A stretch of 63,182 nucleotides of DNA, filler included, from Octopus bimaculoides (Eukaryota): NCBI RefSeq assembly GCF_001194135.2. It is 6 parts of 6 records of this genome, joined end to end, with 100 filler letters (N's around TTAATTAATTAA, not from the genome) between each part and the next. Parts side by side here need not be neighbours in the genome. Positions count along the whole stretch, not along the records: positions 50,915 to 60,247 come from NW_026334008.1; positions 60,348 to 63,182 come from NC_068985.1; 4 more parts are not named here. The stretch is one strand, 5' to 3'. Numbering within the stretch: the stretch's first letter is position 1; each line of letters starts with the position of its first letter. Position numbers and translations under genes: made by a program. A model generated the notes under the pieces. It was not told the DNA's origin, did not search any database, and saw only the letters and a program-made list of their open reading frames with translations. This document shows, piece by piece, positions 50,943 to 63,182 of the stretch.

Positions 50943-50988
50943 AAAACTGTCCGATGAACGGGAACGTGAAACTCAGAGTAACGGTTTT
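50943..50988 (+). ncRNA. Type I hammerhead ribozyme fold with a U4C core variant (probably a Penelope LTR or retrozyme)
   Basis: Stem I AAAACTGT/ACGGTTTT (8 bp, one GU); core CCGATGA; stem II ACG-GGAA-CGT; GAAA; palindromic stem III ACTC-A-GAGT; cleavage triplet GTA at 50978-50980. Confidence 0.75.
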
Positions 50989-51107
50989 TTTGTTATATTT
51001 CTGCTGCTTTTAAATAAAGCATATTACTCTACCTCTGGTATTTGAGTACTCTTTTTTCCACCTTGTTGCACATTTCATGTGCTTACTCCGGTATATATAT
51101 ACATATA

Positions 51108-51275
51108 TAGGCATAGGAGTGGCTGTGTGGTAAGTAGCTTTTTACCGACCACATGGTTCAGGGTTCAGTCCCACTGCATGGCAACTTGGGCAAGTGTCTT
51201 CTACTATAGCGTCGGGCCGACCAAAACGTTGTGAGTGGATTTAGTAGTCGGAAACTGAAAGAAGCCTATCGTATA
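51108..51275 (+). mobile_element. Family C1 SINE head followed by a complex (TG/TA)n array to ~51660
   Basis: ggcataggagtggctgtgtggtaagtagc...ttgggcaagtgtcttc...ggaaactgaaagaagcctatcg. Confidence 0.9.
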
Positions 51276-51421
51276 TATGTATGTATGTATGTGTATATGT
51301 GTGTGTGTGTGTGTGTGTGCGTGTGTGGATGAGTGTGCTCGTGTGTGTGTGTGTGTGTGTGCATGTGTATGTATTTATTTCTATATATGTGTGTGTCTGT
51401 GTATGTATGCATATATCTGTG

Positions 51422-51458
<37 letters not shown>

Positions 51459-52824
51459 ATGTTTGTGTGTGTGTGTGTGTGTGTGTGCGTGCGTGCATGT
51501 GTATGTATTTATTTCTATATATGTATGTGTCTGTGTATGTATGCATATACAAATGTCTGTGTATGTATATATATGTGCGTGTGTGTATGAATATACATAT
51601 ATATATGTGTACGTGTGTGCGTGCGTGTGCATGTATATATGTGTGTCTGTGTGTATGCTTGTGATGTACGTATATCTTAGAACATAGTATTCGAAACATA
51701 AAGTGATGCTCTCCGGACAACAACAACTTTCCTTTTAAAGATCCAACGACAGCAGTGAGGAAAGGGAGGGTAGAAAGAAAGATGGTGTTGAGCTGAATAA
51801 ACGTTAAATCTCATAGCAGTTCAGGAAACAATGTGGGTGGAGGTAAAATCTGTGACGGAAATGAAAGTGTTGTGTGTCAACTTATGCAAGAAACGTAGAT
51901 ACCTATATTCACAAACATATTAATCTCTTAACATATTATCCCGTATATTTTGATTCAGAGATGTCTAGTAAATATACAATTGAACAAATATATACGTTCA
52001 CTGTAATCTATCACTTATTCTTGTTATTCCAGTTTTCTAATATCAACTATCAGTAACTAGAATTTCTATCAGTAACTTCATAATAAATCATATACTGATC
52101 CAAAATAATTTGTGTACTTATTCTACCTAATTTACAGATTCAAAATAAATAATTTTAATATATATATATATATATATATNNNNNNNNNNNNNNNNNNNNN
52201 NNNNNNNNNNNNNNNNNNNNNNNNNNNNNNNNNNNNNNNNNNNNNNNNNNNNNNNNNNNNNNNNNNNNNNNNNNNNNNNNNNNNNNNNNNNNNNNNNNNN
52301 NNNNNNNNNNNNNNNNNNNNNNNNNNNNNNNNNNNNNNNNNNNNNNNNNNNNNNNNNNNNNNNNNNNNNNNNNNNNNNNNNNNNNNNNNNNNNNNNNNNN
52401 NNNNNNNNNNNNNNNNNNNNNNNNNNNNNNNNNNNNNNNNNNNNNNNNNNNNNNNNNNNNNNNNNNNNNNNNNNNNNNNNNNNNNNNNNNNNNNNNNNNN
52501 NNNNNNNNNNNNNNNNNNNNNNNNNNNNNNNNNNNNNNNNNNNNNNNNNNNNNNNNNNNNNNNNNNNNNNNNNNNNNNNNNNNNNNNNNNNNNNNNNNNN
52601 NNNNNNNNNNNNNNNNNNNNNNNNNNNNNNNNNNNNNNNNNNNNNNNNNNNNNNNNNNNNNNNNNNNNNNNNNNNNNNNNNNNNNNNNNNNNNNNNNNNN
52701 NNNNNNNNNNNNNNNNNNNNNNNNNNNNNNNNNNNNNNNNNNNNNNNNNNNNNNNNNNNNNNNNNNNNNNNNNNNNNNNNNNNNNNNNNNNNNNNNNNNN
52801 NNNNNNNNNNNTGTATGTGTGTTT

Positions 52825-53047
52825 GTGTATATGTTTGTTTTTTCTGTGTTTGTTCTCCCGGCATCGCTTAAAAACCGATTGCTGGTGTGTTTACGTCCTC
52901 GTAACTTAGCGGTTCGGCAAAAGAGGCCGATAGAATAAGTACTAGGCTTCCAAAAAATAAGTCATGGGGTCGATTTGCTCGACTTAAGGCGGTGCTCCAG
53001 CATGGCCGCAGTCAAATGACTGAAACAAGTAAAAGAGTAAAAGAGTA
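52825..53047 (+). mobile_element. Family C1 SINE 3' half after (TA)n and a gap
   Basis: gtaacttagcggttcggcaaaagagg...ggcggtgctccagcatggccgcagtcaaatgactgaaacaagtaaaagagtaaaagagta. Confidence 0.9.
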
Positions 53048-53387
53048 TATATATTTTGCATAGAAATTGAAAAAGAAATTGTGCACGTTAAGAGGTTAAG
53101 ATGCGTGACGGAAGAAAAAAAACGACGTTATTTTTGCAGGAGAGTGTAGTCTGGTTAAATTACGCAGATACCTTTGAATGACGACGCTTTAAGGAGTCTG
53201 GCGGGTAAAAAGAATCCCGTTAGGGATTGCTTTAAGAATAGAAAGGGAGGAAACGAAAAGTTTTTTATATTAACAATAGTAACACACACATTCACTCTCA
53301 CCTTTCTCTGTCACACACACACACGCACACACACACACTCAATCTCCTCTCTATATATACATATTTGTATATGTATGNNNNNNNNNN

Positions 53388-53429
<42 letters not shown>

Positions 53430-53514
53430 ATGCGTGCACACTATATTAGTCGCACTATCTTACACGCACATATGTACACGCCTGCACGAACGCACACTTG
53501 CATGCATACGTATT

Positions 53515-53562
<48 letters not shown>

Positions 53563-53691
53563 AACACACTTTCTCATTCACACATACCTACACGCACGCA
53601 CAATTTGTTTCCCCTCACATTCACTGATACCTCTCTCTCTCTTTCTCTCTTTCACTCTTTCCCCCTCCCTCTCTCTCTTCCTTTCTCCCCC

Positions 53692-53723
<32 letters not shown>

Positions 53724-54172
53724 TTTACTCTCTCTCTCTCTCTCTTACTCTTCCTCACACGCACTTTCACATTTAAAGAATATACACGTGTTATAGCTTT
53801 TGTATTCACAAGCATTAAATCTGGTTATTTATATATCTGCAACTCAGAAATTTCTAAATAAACGCTTACCAGATATCTTCGTAGGCATTAATACCCACTC
53901 GCAATACTGGTATAACATCGGGTGGAGATTTTATTCTACCTGTGTATGTGTATAAGTTTGTGTTTCTGTACGCATGTGCGCGTATAGCACTGTAACGATG
54001 AGTAACAGGGCATTATAAAAAAATCATTCTATCTGTACATCATACATTTAAATATATCTTTTCCGGGTACAACTTGTTTTACCAGCAACTACAGCATAAA
54101 TACATACGTCACTACAAAGAGCTCTCACAACTATATTTATATTCACGCAGCTGCACGACTATATATATATAA

Positions 54173-54233
<61 letters not shown>

Positions 54234-54249
54234 TGTATATATGCTGAAA

Positions 54250-54370
54250 ATCCTTGGGTTTAAGGGTGTCCTGAAAGGCGTGGTTGGAGGCCAAACCTTC
54301 CGATTTCTTTTTCAGGGCTTAGAAAAACTGAAGGGCAGCTGTAATAAGTGTGTAAATCTGACAGTTTAAA
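54250..54370 (+). mobile_element. Possible mariner C-terminal fragment
   Basis: FLFQGLEKLKGSCNKCVNL resembles mariner C-termini (F..GI.KL..R..KC.NL.G). Confidence 0.3.
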
Positions 54371-55169
54371 TATATATTAACTAAATTTGACTGAAATTGA
54401 TGGGTGAGCGTTTGGCAAGGAGCCATGAAAGCGTCGATATGTGAGTTCGATTCAGTCTGAGGTTAGCTCATCATATTTCGATCATTTGTTAATATTTAAA
54501 AATTGTCGCTTGAAATCGGAGAATAAATATGATTATGAAATATATTATATACAGTTATTATACTATGAGCCTTCCATAGTAGCTTTCTCAACGTAACTCC
54601 TAAATCCTTTCGAGTTTCTTTATAAAAACATTGTGCATGTTAAGAGGTTAAAATGCTTGTATGTATGTATGTATGTATGTATGTATGGATGGGTGGATGG
54701 AGGGATGGATGTATATGTATACATTCATACAGACACAGAAAGCTCTAAACAATTACACGATACTCAACCAGACACACACAAACACACATACACACACATA
54801 TGTAAAAACATGTTCAGCCGTCTGACGATAAAAAAAATTCCTCTGGAATGATAAATCACAGCAAAGATTTCATATCACACATCGACAAGGATAAAGGACA
54901 ATGTGTGCTGAAAAGTAAGGGTTTCCGTTAGAATTTGACAACTTCTGGTATTTCCTTTCTATTTGGATCAGCAATTTCCTGCCTTCATTTTCTAATAAAC
55001 ACCTAACACGCTTACGCATAAAAAACAATATGTACTAAACGTAGATGATACATGCATACGGTCATATAATACACTCACGGACATAGGGGGGGGGGGAACA
55101 CACACACACACATATATATAGATACATATAGATACAGACATACATATAAATATTTATATACATATAACA

Positions 55170-55220
<51 letters not shown>

Positions 55221-55309
55221 TCAGTAAATAGTGGGGTTATATATATATATATATACATATAACTATATATATATATAAATACATATGACTATATATATAT
55301 ATATATACA

Positions 55310-55486
55310 AAGGGATTAAGTCGATTACATAGACTCCAGTGTGTAACTGGTACTTATTTAATCGACCCAAAAGGATGAAAGGCAAAGTTGACCTCGGCGG
55401 AATTTGAACTCAGAACGTAAAGGCACATGATATACCGCTAAGTATTTCGCTCGGCGTGCCAACGATTCTGGCAGCTCGCTGCCTTA
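55310..55486 (-). mobile_element. Family N SINE monomer
   Basis: gggattaagtcgattacat...aaggatgaaaggcaaagttgacctcggcggaatttgaactcagaacg...ggcagctcgctgcc. Confidence 0.9.
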
Positions 55487-55764
55487 ACATACACACACAT
55501 ACGACGGGGGTGTTACTTAATATCTGTAATGTGTATGTGTCCTCTGAAGAGGGTTTTGAAACTTGAAACGCTTGTTCCAACGTGGGTCTTATATCCGAAC
55601 AAACAAACTGTTCGTTATATTATCTAAGCGTTATTGAATAGCGAGCGTGCGCATGCATGTTTTCTATGAGCGAATATGTATGAATGTGTATGCGTACGTA
55701 TACAGGTGTGAATCTATTGATACATGTATATTGGCATGAAAGTGTATTTTCATTTTATTTTATC

Positions 55765-55803
55765 TAGTTTCAGCTCTTGAGCTGTGGCCATGCTGGGGCA
55801 CCG
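55765..55803 (-). mobile_element. Short LINE/C1-type 3' tail stub
   Basis: Reverse complement cggtgccccagcatggccacagctcaagagctgaaactagataaaa. Confidence 0.65.
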
Positions 55804-55889
55804 TGTGTGTGTGTGCGAGTGTGTATGCTTGTATATATGTATGTATTATGAATCTATGCGTGTATGTATGTATGTATGTTAATGCCTGA

Positions 55890-55922
<33 letters not shown>

Positions 55923-56199
55923 NNNNNNNNNNTATATACGTATATGTGAGTACACGTATAAATGTGTGTGCGTTGTGTGTGTGTGTGTGTGTGTGTATTT
56001 GCGGGAGATTCTATATTGCATTTAGGTTTTCTTTAGTTTTTCTTTTTTTTTTTGTTAATCGTGGAGTAGTATCTTCCGGTCGATGAACCGGAAGTACTTT
56101 CTTATGACCGTCAAAGTATTTCTATATACGCACTTCTTTGTCCTTTATTTTGACGCCGTTTCCAAACACAGGAATGCTTTTTCCGTCCCCTCAGTCTAA

Positions 56200-56200
56200 C

Positions 56201-56267
<67 letters not shown>

Positions 56268-56371
56268 NNNNNNNNNNNNNNNNNNNNNNNNNNNNNNNNN
56301 NNNNNNNNNNNNNNNNNNNNNNNNNNNNNNNNNNNNNNNNNNNNNNNNNNNNNNNNNNNNNNNNNNNNNNC

Positions 56372-56433
<62 letters not shown>

Positions 56434-56720
56434 TTCTCTTCCGTTCTTTTTCTTCTTCTCTCACGTTTTCTTCTTCTCTCACGTCTTCTTCTCTCCGTCT
56501 TCTCTCTCTCTCTCTCTTTCTTTTATTTCTCTCTCTTTCTTTTCACTCTTTCTTTTTTCTTTCTTTCCTTTTCTCTCTCTTTCTCTTTCGTTTACCTCTA
56601 TTTCATTCGCCTCTATGTCTTTTCTCTCTTTCCCTCTTTCTCTTTCCTTCTTTCTCTCTTTCCCACTCTCTTTCTATCCCTCTCTCCCCTTCTCTTTCCC
56701 TCTCACTTTCTATATACAAT
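56200..56720. repeat. (TC)n and pyrimidine-rich tract with a gap
   Basis: Seen directly. Confidence 0.9.
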
Positions 56721-57359
56721 ATTCCATTTCGAATCTCGTCTTTCAACATCTCACGTATTTTTTCTCTTTCTCCATTTTCATTTATAATTTCATTTTTCTT
56801 TTTTTTTTTCCAGAAAATTCTAGTTCTTCGCCTCTTTTCTTGTAGCACCGTATTATCTATTATTATCCATTTATCAAAGCATTTGCCTTTGTCTTGTAGA
56901 AACCGTGGTCAAAGTCAGAGGAAACGTAATTTTCTCCAGCTGAACGAAAATATACAATTTTAAATTCATATATATTAAACATCATATCATTACATTGCTA
57001 TGCAAACTGCCTGGAGGTGCATAGTAAGAAATTGTGCTGTGAAAAGTTGATTTTTTTTGTTTTGTGTATATTTGCAGTTAACAACTTCCATATTTGCATA
57101 GCCCCATGTGATAAACCATTTACTCTTATTTGTAATTTATTTCTAAGTGTGTTCTCGATGTGTTGCATAAATAAACAGCTATATTCCATACGCATAATAT
57201 AATATATTCTGTTATTTTATCGGAAACATTGTGGATAAATCATACGGAATATAAATGACATTCATAGTTAGAGATCTAAGACCATACTTTCGCGAAATCT
57301 ATCGCAAAACAAACATGGGATTATTCCTTTTGTTCTTCAATTCTTTCGCTTGAATCATT

Positions 57360-57739
57360 CATTAGATAGCGGTCATGCTGGGGCACCACCTTTTCTAAAG
57401 CTTTCTCTTTTATCTTTCACGTGTTTCAGTCATCACTAGACTGCGGTCATGCTGGAGCACCGCCTTCAAGACTCTTTAGCTGAGTGGATAGATTCTTGCT
57501 ACCTATCTTATCGGTCGCTTTTGCTGAATCGGTAAGTTACGGGGACGTAAAACACGCCGACACTGGGTTCCACGTTCGATCCCATTGCATAAGTGTTTGG
57601 CACTTATTTTGTCGGTCTTTGTTACCAAGCCGCTATGTTACAGGCATGTCAACAAACCAACACTGGTTGTCAAGCGGTGATAGAGGACACACCCAGACAC
57701 AAAGGCACACAAATATATATATATATATATAACATAATA

Positions 57740-57802
<63 letters not shown>

Positions 57803-58112
57803 GCATATATGGGTACAGGCCGTCACCAACAGTAAACAACATGAAATACGAAAACAAGCGAGCAAACAATGAGAGAAAGAAAATTGAAAACAGGACAAGT
57901 AACGCAAAGAACGACCCTTCATCAGTTATTGGCAGTCTATCTACTCATTTCGATGGGCTTAATTCAGTTTCCATCTACCAAATCCATTCACATGCCATTA
58001 GTAGGCCCGAGGCAATAAAACAAGACACTTGTCCGAGGTACCATACCGTGGGATTGAACTTGGAACCATGTGGCTGGGGAAACAAGCTTCTTACCACACT
58101 GCCACACCTGTT
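57360..58112 (-). mobile_element. Rearranged family C1 SINE (head ~57960-58112, internal insertion, (TA)n, duplicated tail segments)
   Basis: Reverse-complement head tggcagtgtggtaagaagcttg...ggttccaagttcaatccc; two tail copies gcggtcatgctgg(g/a)gcacc at ~57370 and ~57444. Confidence 0.75.
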
Positions 58113-58984
58113 GGAAAACATAAAATTTGTGTGCGAAATATAGTTTGTCAGAAAAGTTTGTTTCTCAGTACAATTTATTGTAACGGCTAGATTGTATCTT
58201 GTCATACGTTTCTGGTAACAGGTGTTAAATGAATCGTAAAAAGCATAATAATTATATTATGGCCTCCAATAACATATTCAGATATAAAAAAGTAACAATA
58301 TTTTTTAACAGATCGAACTCATAAAGAAAGTAGTGCAAAGAGGAAGTGTGCTTGTAAAGGGAAATAAAAACACTGCGGACTTCTGGGGCAGTAAGTTTTA
58401 ATTAAACGAGGTGTTTAAACATGACTTGAAACGAAGTACGTCTATATAATTACATGCCGTGTGAAAACGTTTGAATGAAAGCACAAATAGTTTTGTTTTT
58501 GTTTTAGTTTTTGGGGTTTTTTTGGGGGGGGTGTATAATTTTCACAAAGCTAGCTAGGAAATTAATTTAAAGATGAGCCCGAACCAAAGTCATAAAAATA
58601 AGCAACATGTAGGAACACGAAAATACAAGTCAACTCTTCACTTTTAGTGAAACACATCCATGTGCAAAAATATATATGTATGAATGCATGTATACATACA
58701 TACATACATACATATGTGTGTGTGTGTGTCTGTCTGTGTGTGTCTGTGTAGTCCGATAACGGACAGAGTCAACGACTATTGAAAATGTTGCAAGACGCAA
58801 CGAAAATTTTAGTAAAAAAATAAATTAGTGAATGAGTGGAAATCAGACAGTTGAGTGTGTTAAAGTAATAAAGAACTAAAAGAGAATAATTCTCTCCAGA
58901 CACAATAAAATATGCTTCAACACACGAATTCAAATAACGAATCTAGCAAACCACATAAAAAAAAAACGAAATATATAAATATTC

Positions 58985-59235
58985 CACCTTCTAACTCTGA
59001 AAGCTTGTTCCGTTGTTAACCCTCGGCTTTTAAGATCTTTTGCTATTGTTCTCTGCCACGTTTCCTTTGGCCGACCACCTCTTATTTTACCTGACAACTG
59101 AGTTTGGTTTATAGCAATAAACTCAACCCAGCCATTTCCATCTCCTTGCTTCAATAGTGTCTCTTATTATTTGGACGTTAGCCTTGGTGTGTAGTTCGCT
59201 ATTCGAGATCATATTCGACCAGTTGACCTTCAAAA
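58985..59235 (-). mobile_element. RTE-clade LINE 3' fragment
   Basis: GKIRGGRPKETWQRTIAKDLKSRGLT resembles the RTE C-terminal G.R.RGRP...W motif. Confidence 0.65.
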
Positions 59236-59254
59236 TTTTGAATTACGTGTATTT

Positions 59255-59294
<40 letters not shown>

Positions 59295-59875
59295 TTAAAA
59301 ACTTACTTTTAACATTTCACTTAATGTTTATGTTCCATACTGGCATGGGTTGGGGAGTTATCAATGTAGAAAGTTGATATCTCAGCTACTAGGTGGCGGT
59401 GGTGGTGGATGGATAAAATAAAGTACCAGTCAAATAGTGGAGTCGATGAAATAGACTAACCCCTTTCCTAAATCAGAAACAATTTGTGTAGTAGTAGTAG
59501 TAGTAGTAGTAGTANNNNNNNNNNNNNNNNNNNNNNNNNNNNNNNNNNNNNNNNNNNNNNNNNNNNNNNNNNNNNNNNNNNNNNNNNNNNNNNNNNNNNN
59601 NNNNNNNNNNNNNNNNNNNNNNNNNNNNNNNNNNNNNNNNNNNNNNNNNNNNNNNNNNNNNNNNNNNNNNNNNNNNNNNNNNNNNNNNNNNNNNNNNNNN
59701 NNNNNNNNNNNNNNNNNNNNNNNNNNNNNNNNNNNNNNNNNNNNNNNNNNNNNNNNNNNNNNNNNNNNNNNNNNNNNNNNNNNNNNNNNNNNNNNNNNNN
59801 NNNNNNNNNNNNNNNNNNNNNNNNNNNNNNNNNNNNNNNNNNNNNNNNNNNNNNNNNNNNNNNNNNNNNNNNNNN

Positions 59876-59941
<66 letters not shown>

Positions 59942-60577
59942 AGAAACTGGTTCAAATTGTCCCCTTTTTTTCGTGATAGTTTTTACCCCTATTTCGCCTC
60001 CCCTCGCCCCTATTATTTCGTATTCATAAGTGCAAACAAATAGTTTTCTGGAGAATAATGATATTATTCAGATTTACGTCTAGCATCCTGACTTTCTTTG
60101 TAGGTGACTCATATTTTGGTTGTGAAGTATAGGTGTGTACACATGTGCTGAGGAACATCTGTAGATGCTTGTGTAGGAATTCGTGTGTGTGGATGTGTGT
60201 GTAGGAACGTATGCATGTGTGTGACTATGTGTATATGTAGGAAGACGNNNNNNNNNNNNNNNNNNNNNNNNNNNNNNNNNNNNNNNNNNNNTTAATTAAT
60301 TAANNNNNNNNNNNNNNNNNNNNNNNNNNNNNNNNNNNNNNNNNNNNGATCGAGATTGGACCAAGTAGGAATTACAAAATTTTCAAAGGAATTGGTGTTA
60401 GCCATGGCAGTAGCCATAATAATAATAGCAGCAGTAGTAGTAGCAGCAGCAGCAGCAGCAGCAGAAATGGTAGAAGTAGTAATAGCAGCAGCAGCAGTGG
60501 TAATCTTGCGCGTAGAACAAGGAATGATGGATATATAAAAGACAACAGAAGAAGAAACGAAAGGATAAGAAATTTAA

Positions 60578-60610
<33 letters not shown>

Positions 60611-61379
60611 GAATACATACATACATACATACATACATACATACATGCGTGTATGTGTGTGTGTGTGTGTGTGTGTCTGCGTGTGTGGTTGATTGATTGA
60701 TAGAAAGACTTAGAAGTAGATAGACAGATATATAGATAGATGGATTTACTCCGGACAAAAGGAGTGTGTGGTATAAATATTGTTTGGGTAGTAGTATCTG
60801 TTATTGAAGCACAAATCTGAAGTAATTTGAATAGTGGATTCCTACCGTGCCCATCCTATCTTTTATGTTTTTGTTTTGTTCTGCGGGCATACTCTATCTC
60901 TGATACGAGAGAGATTTGGTTTTTATTTCTAGCATTTTGATTGATCACAAAGAGGCCCTTCCTAGGCTTACAGAAATAGTAATAATTATTATTGTTTTTC
61001 TTTAACTCCAGGTCATACCTCATTGAATATGCCTTTGATCAAACCCATTCCCGCCATTATTATCCAGCTCCTTTTTAGGCACAGTATACCTTAGACTGTA
61101 TGAATCAATGTATCATGCTACTTTAAAAGAATATATCGTAGGTTATGATTTGAGGAGGATTAAGTCGTTATTTCTAGCAAGTCGAGTGACCATGTAGAGA
61201 CTCTCTCGTAGTAGTCGAAGTAGTTGGTGTCTACCGTTTTAAGGCTACCCATTTCTCTTGTGTAATGTGGTGAACCTGAGGTTTGCTCGCTTGTAAAGGA
61301 GGAAGGAGAAAATTTCTGGAACAGCAAGAACAGGAAGAATTCACGAATAGAAAAATAAACAACGATAAGTAAACAGTAA

Positions 61380-61487
61380 AAACTGTCGTCTGCCTTTGGA
61401 CTCGGCCATACCTGGTCGCACAATCCCTACCTCTTGACTCGCCGACATCTCTACAAAGACTGCTATGTAGAGCTGAAGAGATGCAGG
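61380..61487 (+). mobile_element. Possible I/Nimb-type LINE C-terminal fragment
   Basis: GLGHTWSHNPYLLTRRHLYKDCYVEL resembles the RLRIGHT.LTH.YLL...C..C region; frameshifted and runs into a gap. Confidence 0.3.
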
Positions 61488-62112
61488 GNNNNNNNNNNNN
61501 NNNNNNNNNNNNNNNNNNNNNNNNNNNNNNNNNNNNNNNNNNNNNNNNNNNNNNNNNNNNNNNNNNNNNNNNNNNNNNNNNNNNNNNNNNNNNNNNNNNN
61601 NNNNNNNNNNNNNNNNNNNNNNNNNNNNNNNNNNNNNNNNNNNNNNNNNNNNNNNNNNNNNNNNNNNNNNNNNNNNNNNNNNNNNNNNNNNNNNNNNNNN
61701 NNNNNNNNNNNNNNNNNNNNNNNNNNNNNNNNNNNNNNNNNNNNNNNNNNNNNNNNNNNNNNNNNNNNNNNNNNNNNNNNNNNNNNNNNNNNNNNNNNNN
61801 NNNNNNNNNNNNNNNNNNNNNNNNNNNNNNNNNNNNNNNNNNNNNNNNNNNNNNNNNNNNNNNNNNNNNNNNNNNNNNNNNNNNNNNNNNNNNNNNNNNN
61901 NNNNNNNNNNNNNNNNNNNNNNNNNNNNNNNNNNNNNNNNNNNNNNNNNNNNNNNNNNNNNNNNNNNNNNNNNNNNNNNNNNNNNNNNNNNNNNNNNNNN
62001 NNNNNNNNNNNNNNNNNNNNNNNNNNNNNNNNNNNNNNNNNNNNNNNNNNNNNNNNNNNNNNNNNNNNNNNNNNNNNNNNNNNNNNNNNNNNNNNNNNNN
62101 NNNNNNNNNNNN

Positions 62113-62197
62113 AACCCTAAAACTAACCCTAACTCTAGAATCCGAACTCTAAAATTGTTACACACATAGATACGCACAGCGTAATTTATTATATAGA
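62113..62197 (-). mobile_element. Helitron-like 5' end carrying TTAGGG-like repeats (rest in a gap)
   Basis: Minus strand starts TCTATATAATAAA (Helitron-type 5' TC/TATA start) and continues into agagttagggttagttttagggtt. Confidence 0.45.
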
Positions 62198-62614
62198 CAA
62201 TATATGCGTATAAATTACGATTAAACCGGATGAAATATGTCACAGGGAATAACATTTTTATGACCGCCCAGCAGTAACTCTATTCAGCTGAATAGACATC
62301 AGTGATTGGTTGAAATTACAGAAATACGACAACTTTAACATGGAATAACTTGCGATGTAGGTTTTTTTGTTAAGAAGACTAAGAGTAAAAGATGTTTTAT
62401 ATGACACATTCTACCAGTGTCCCAAGTTTCAAAGTGTTTCGTTAGTGTTTCGTTAAGAAAATACTGGTGCCCCCGTTTTAAATAGATCCGAAAGTTGGTG
62501 TTGGGTTAAAAAACTACAACAACAACAACAATGACAACATGAGCATCAACTTCAACAGTAGAAAGATGAGGGGTGGGCGAGAATCGAACGAAGTAAGCCG
62601 GTGGTTAAAGAGAA

Positions 62615-62806
62615 ATGATGATGATGATGATGATCATCATCATCATTATCATCGTCATCATCATCATCATCCTCATTGTCATCGCTATTACCATTATGGT
62701 CATCATTAAAGTCACCACTACTACAACTGCCACCGCCATTACCACCGCAACCACCTCCATAACCATCAACTCCCACAACTGCCACCCCACTACTACTACT
62801 ACTACA

Positions 62807-62842
<36 letters not shown>

Positions 62843-62961
62843 GCCACTACCATCACCATCACTACCACCATCGTCCTCATCTCACTTTTTTTACCGCCAC
62901 CATCAACACCAGCGTTGTCATCATCATCATCACCATCATCATCATCACCATTATCATCATC

Positions 62962-62993
<32 letters not shown>

Positions 62994-63081
62994 CATCATC
63001 ACCATCATCATCATCACCATCATCATCAACATCATCATCACCATCATCATCTTCATCATCATCATCATCATCACCATCATC

Positions 63082-63115
<34 letters not shown>

Positions 63116-63146
63116 CCATCATCATCATCACCATCATCACCATCAC

Positions 63147-63181
<35 letters not shown>

Positions 63182-63182
63182 C
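62615..63182. repeat. (CAT)n/(CAC)n/(CTA)n microsatellite array running to the window end
   Basis: Seen directly; the poly-M ORF is an artefact. Confidence 0.95.

Noticed and set aside
55544-55576. Hammerhead-like CTGAAGA...GAAAC...GTT
   Set aside because: Stem II is weak and stem I cannot form (tgtgtcct versus ccaacgtg); at best a decayed relic.
57880-57960. Minus-strand GAAA...GTA...CTGATGA suggesting a permuted hammerhead
   Set aside because: The GAAA arises at the junction with SINE sequence (aagcccatcg), and stems I and II do not pair.

Overview
AT-rich, microsatellite-dense eukaryotic DNA with many assembly gaps. The SINE families and repeat landscape point to an octopus genome, possibly Octopus bimaculoides (inference, no database check). 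I found no supportable host protein-coding exon, so the window looks like a large intron or gene desert; most listed ORFs are microsatellite or N-gap artefacts. It is a transposon graveyard: at least four tRNA-derived SINE families; decayed LINEs (CR1/L2-like, Tx1/L1, RTE, possibly I/Nimb); a Penelope-like element with RT-thumb and GIY-YIG remnants; mariner, Tc1/maT-like, Tigger/pogo and possibly piggyBac remnants; and Helitron-like ends. Main findings: (1) a structurally complete type I hammerhead ribozyme fold at 50943-50988 with a non-canonical CCGAUGA core; (2) two more degenerate hammerhead cores inside a small inverted-repeat element with a Helitron-like end (10553-10815); (3) a ~525-bp foldback palindrome interrupted by a dimeric Nin-SINE with an 18-bp TSD; (4) a LINE 3' end matching a SINE tail; (5) several near-perfect hairpins. 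The TTAATTAATTAA blocks inside N runs are assembly linkers.
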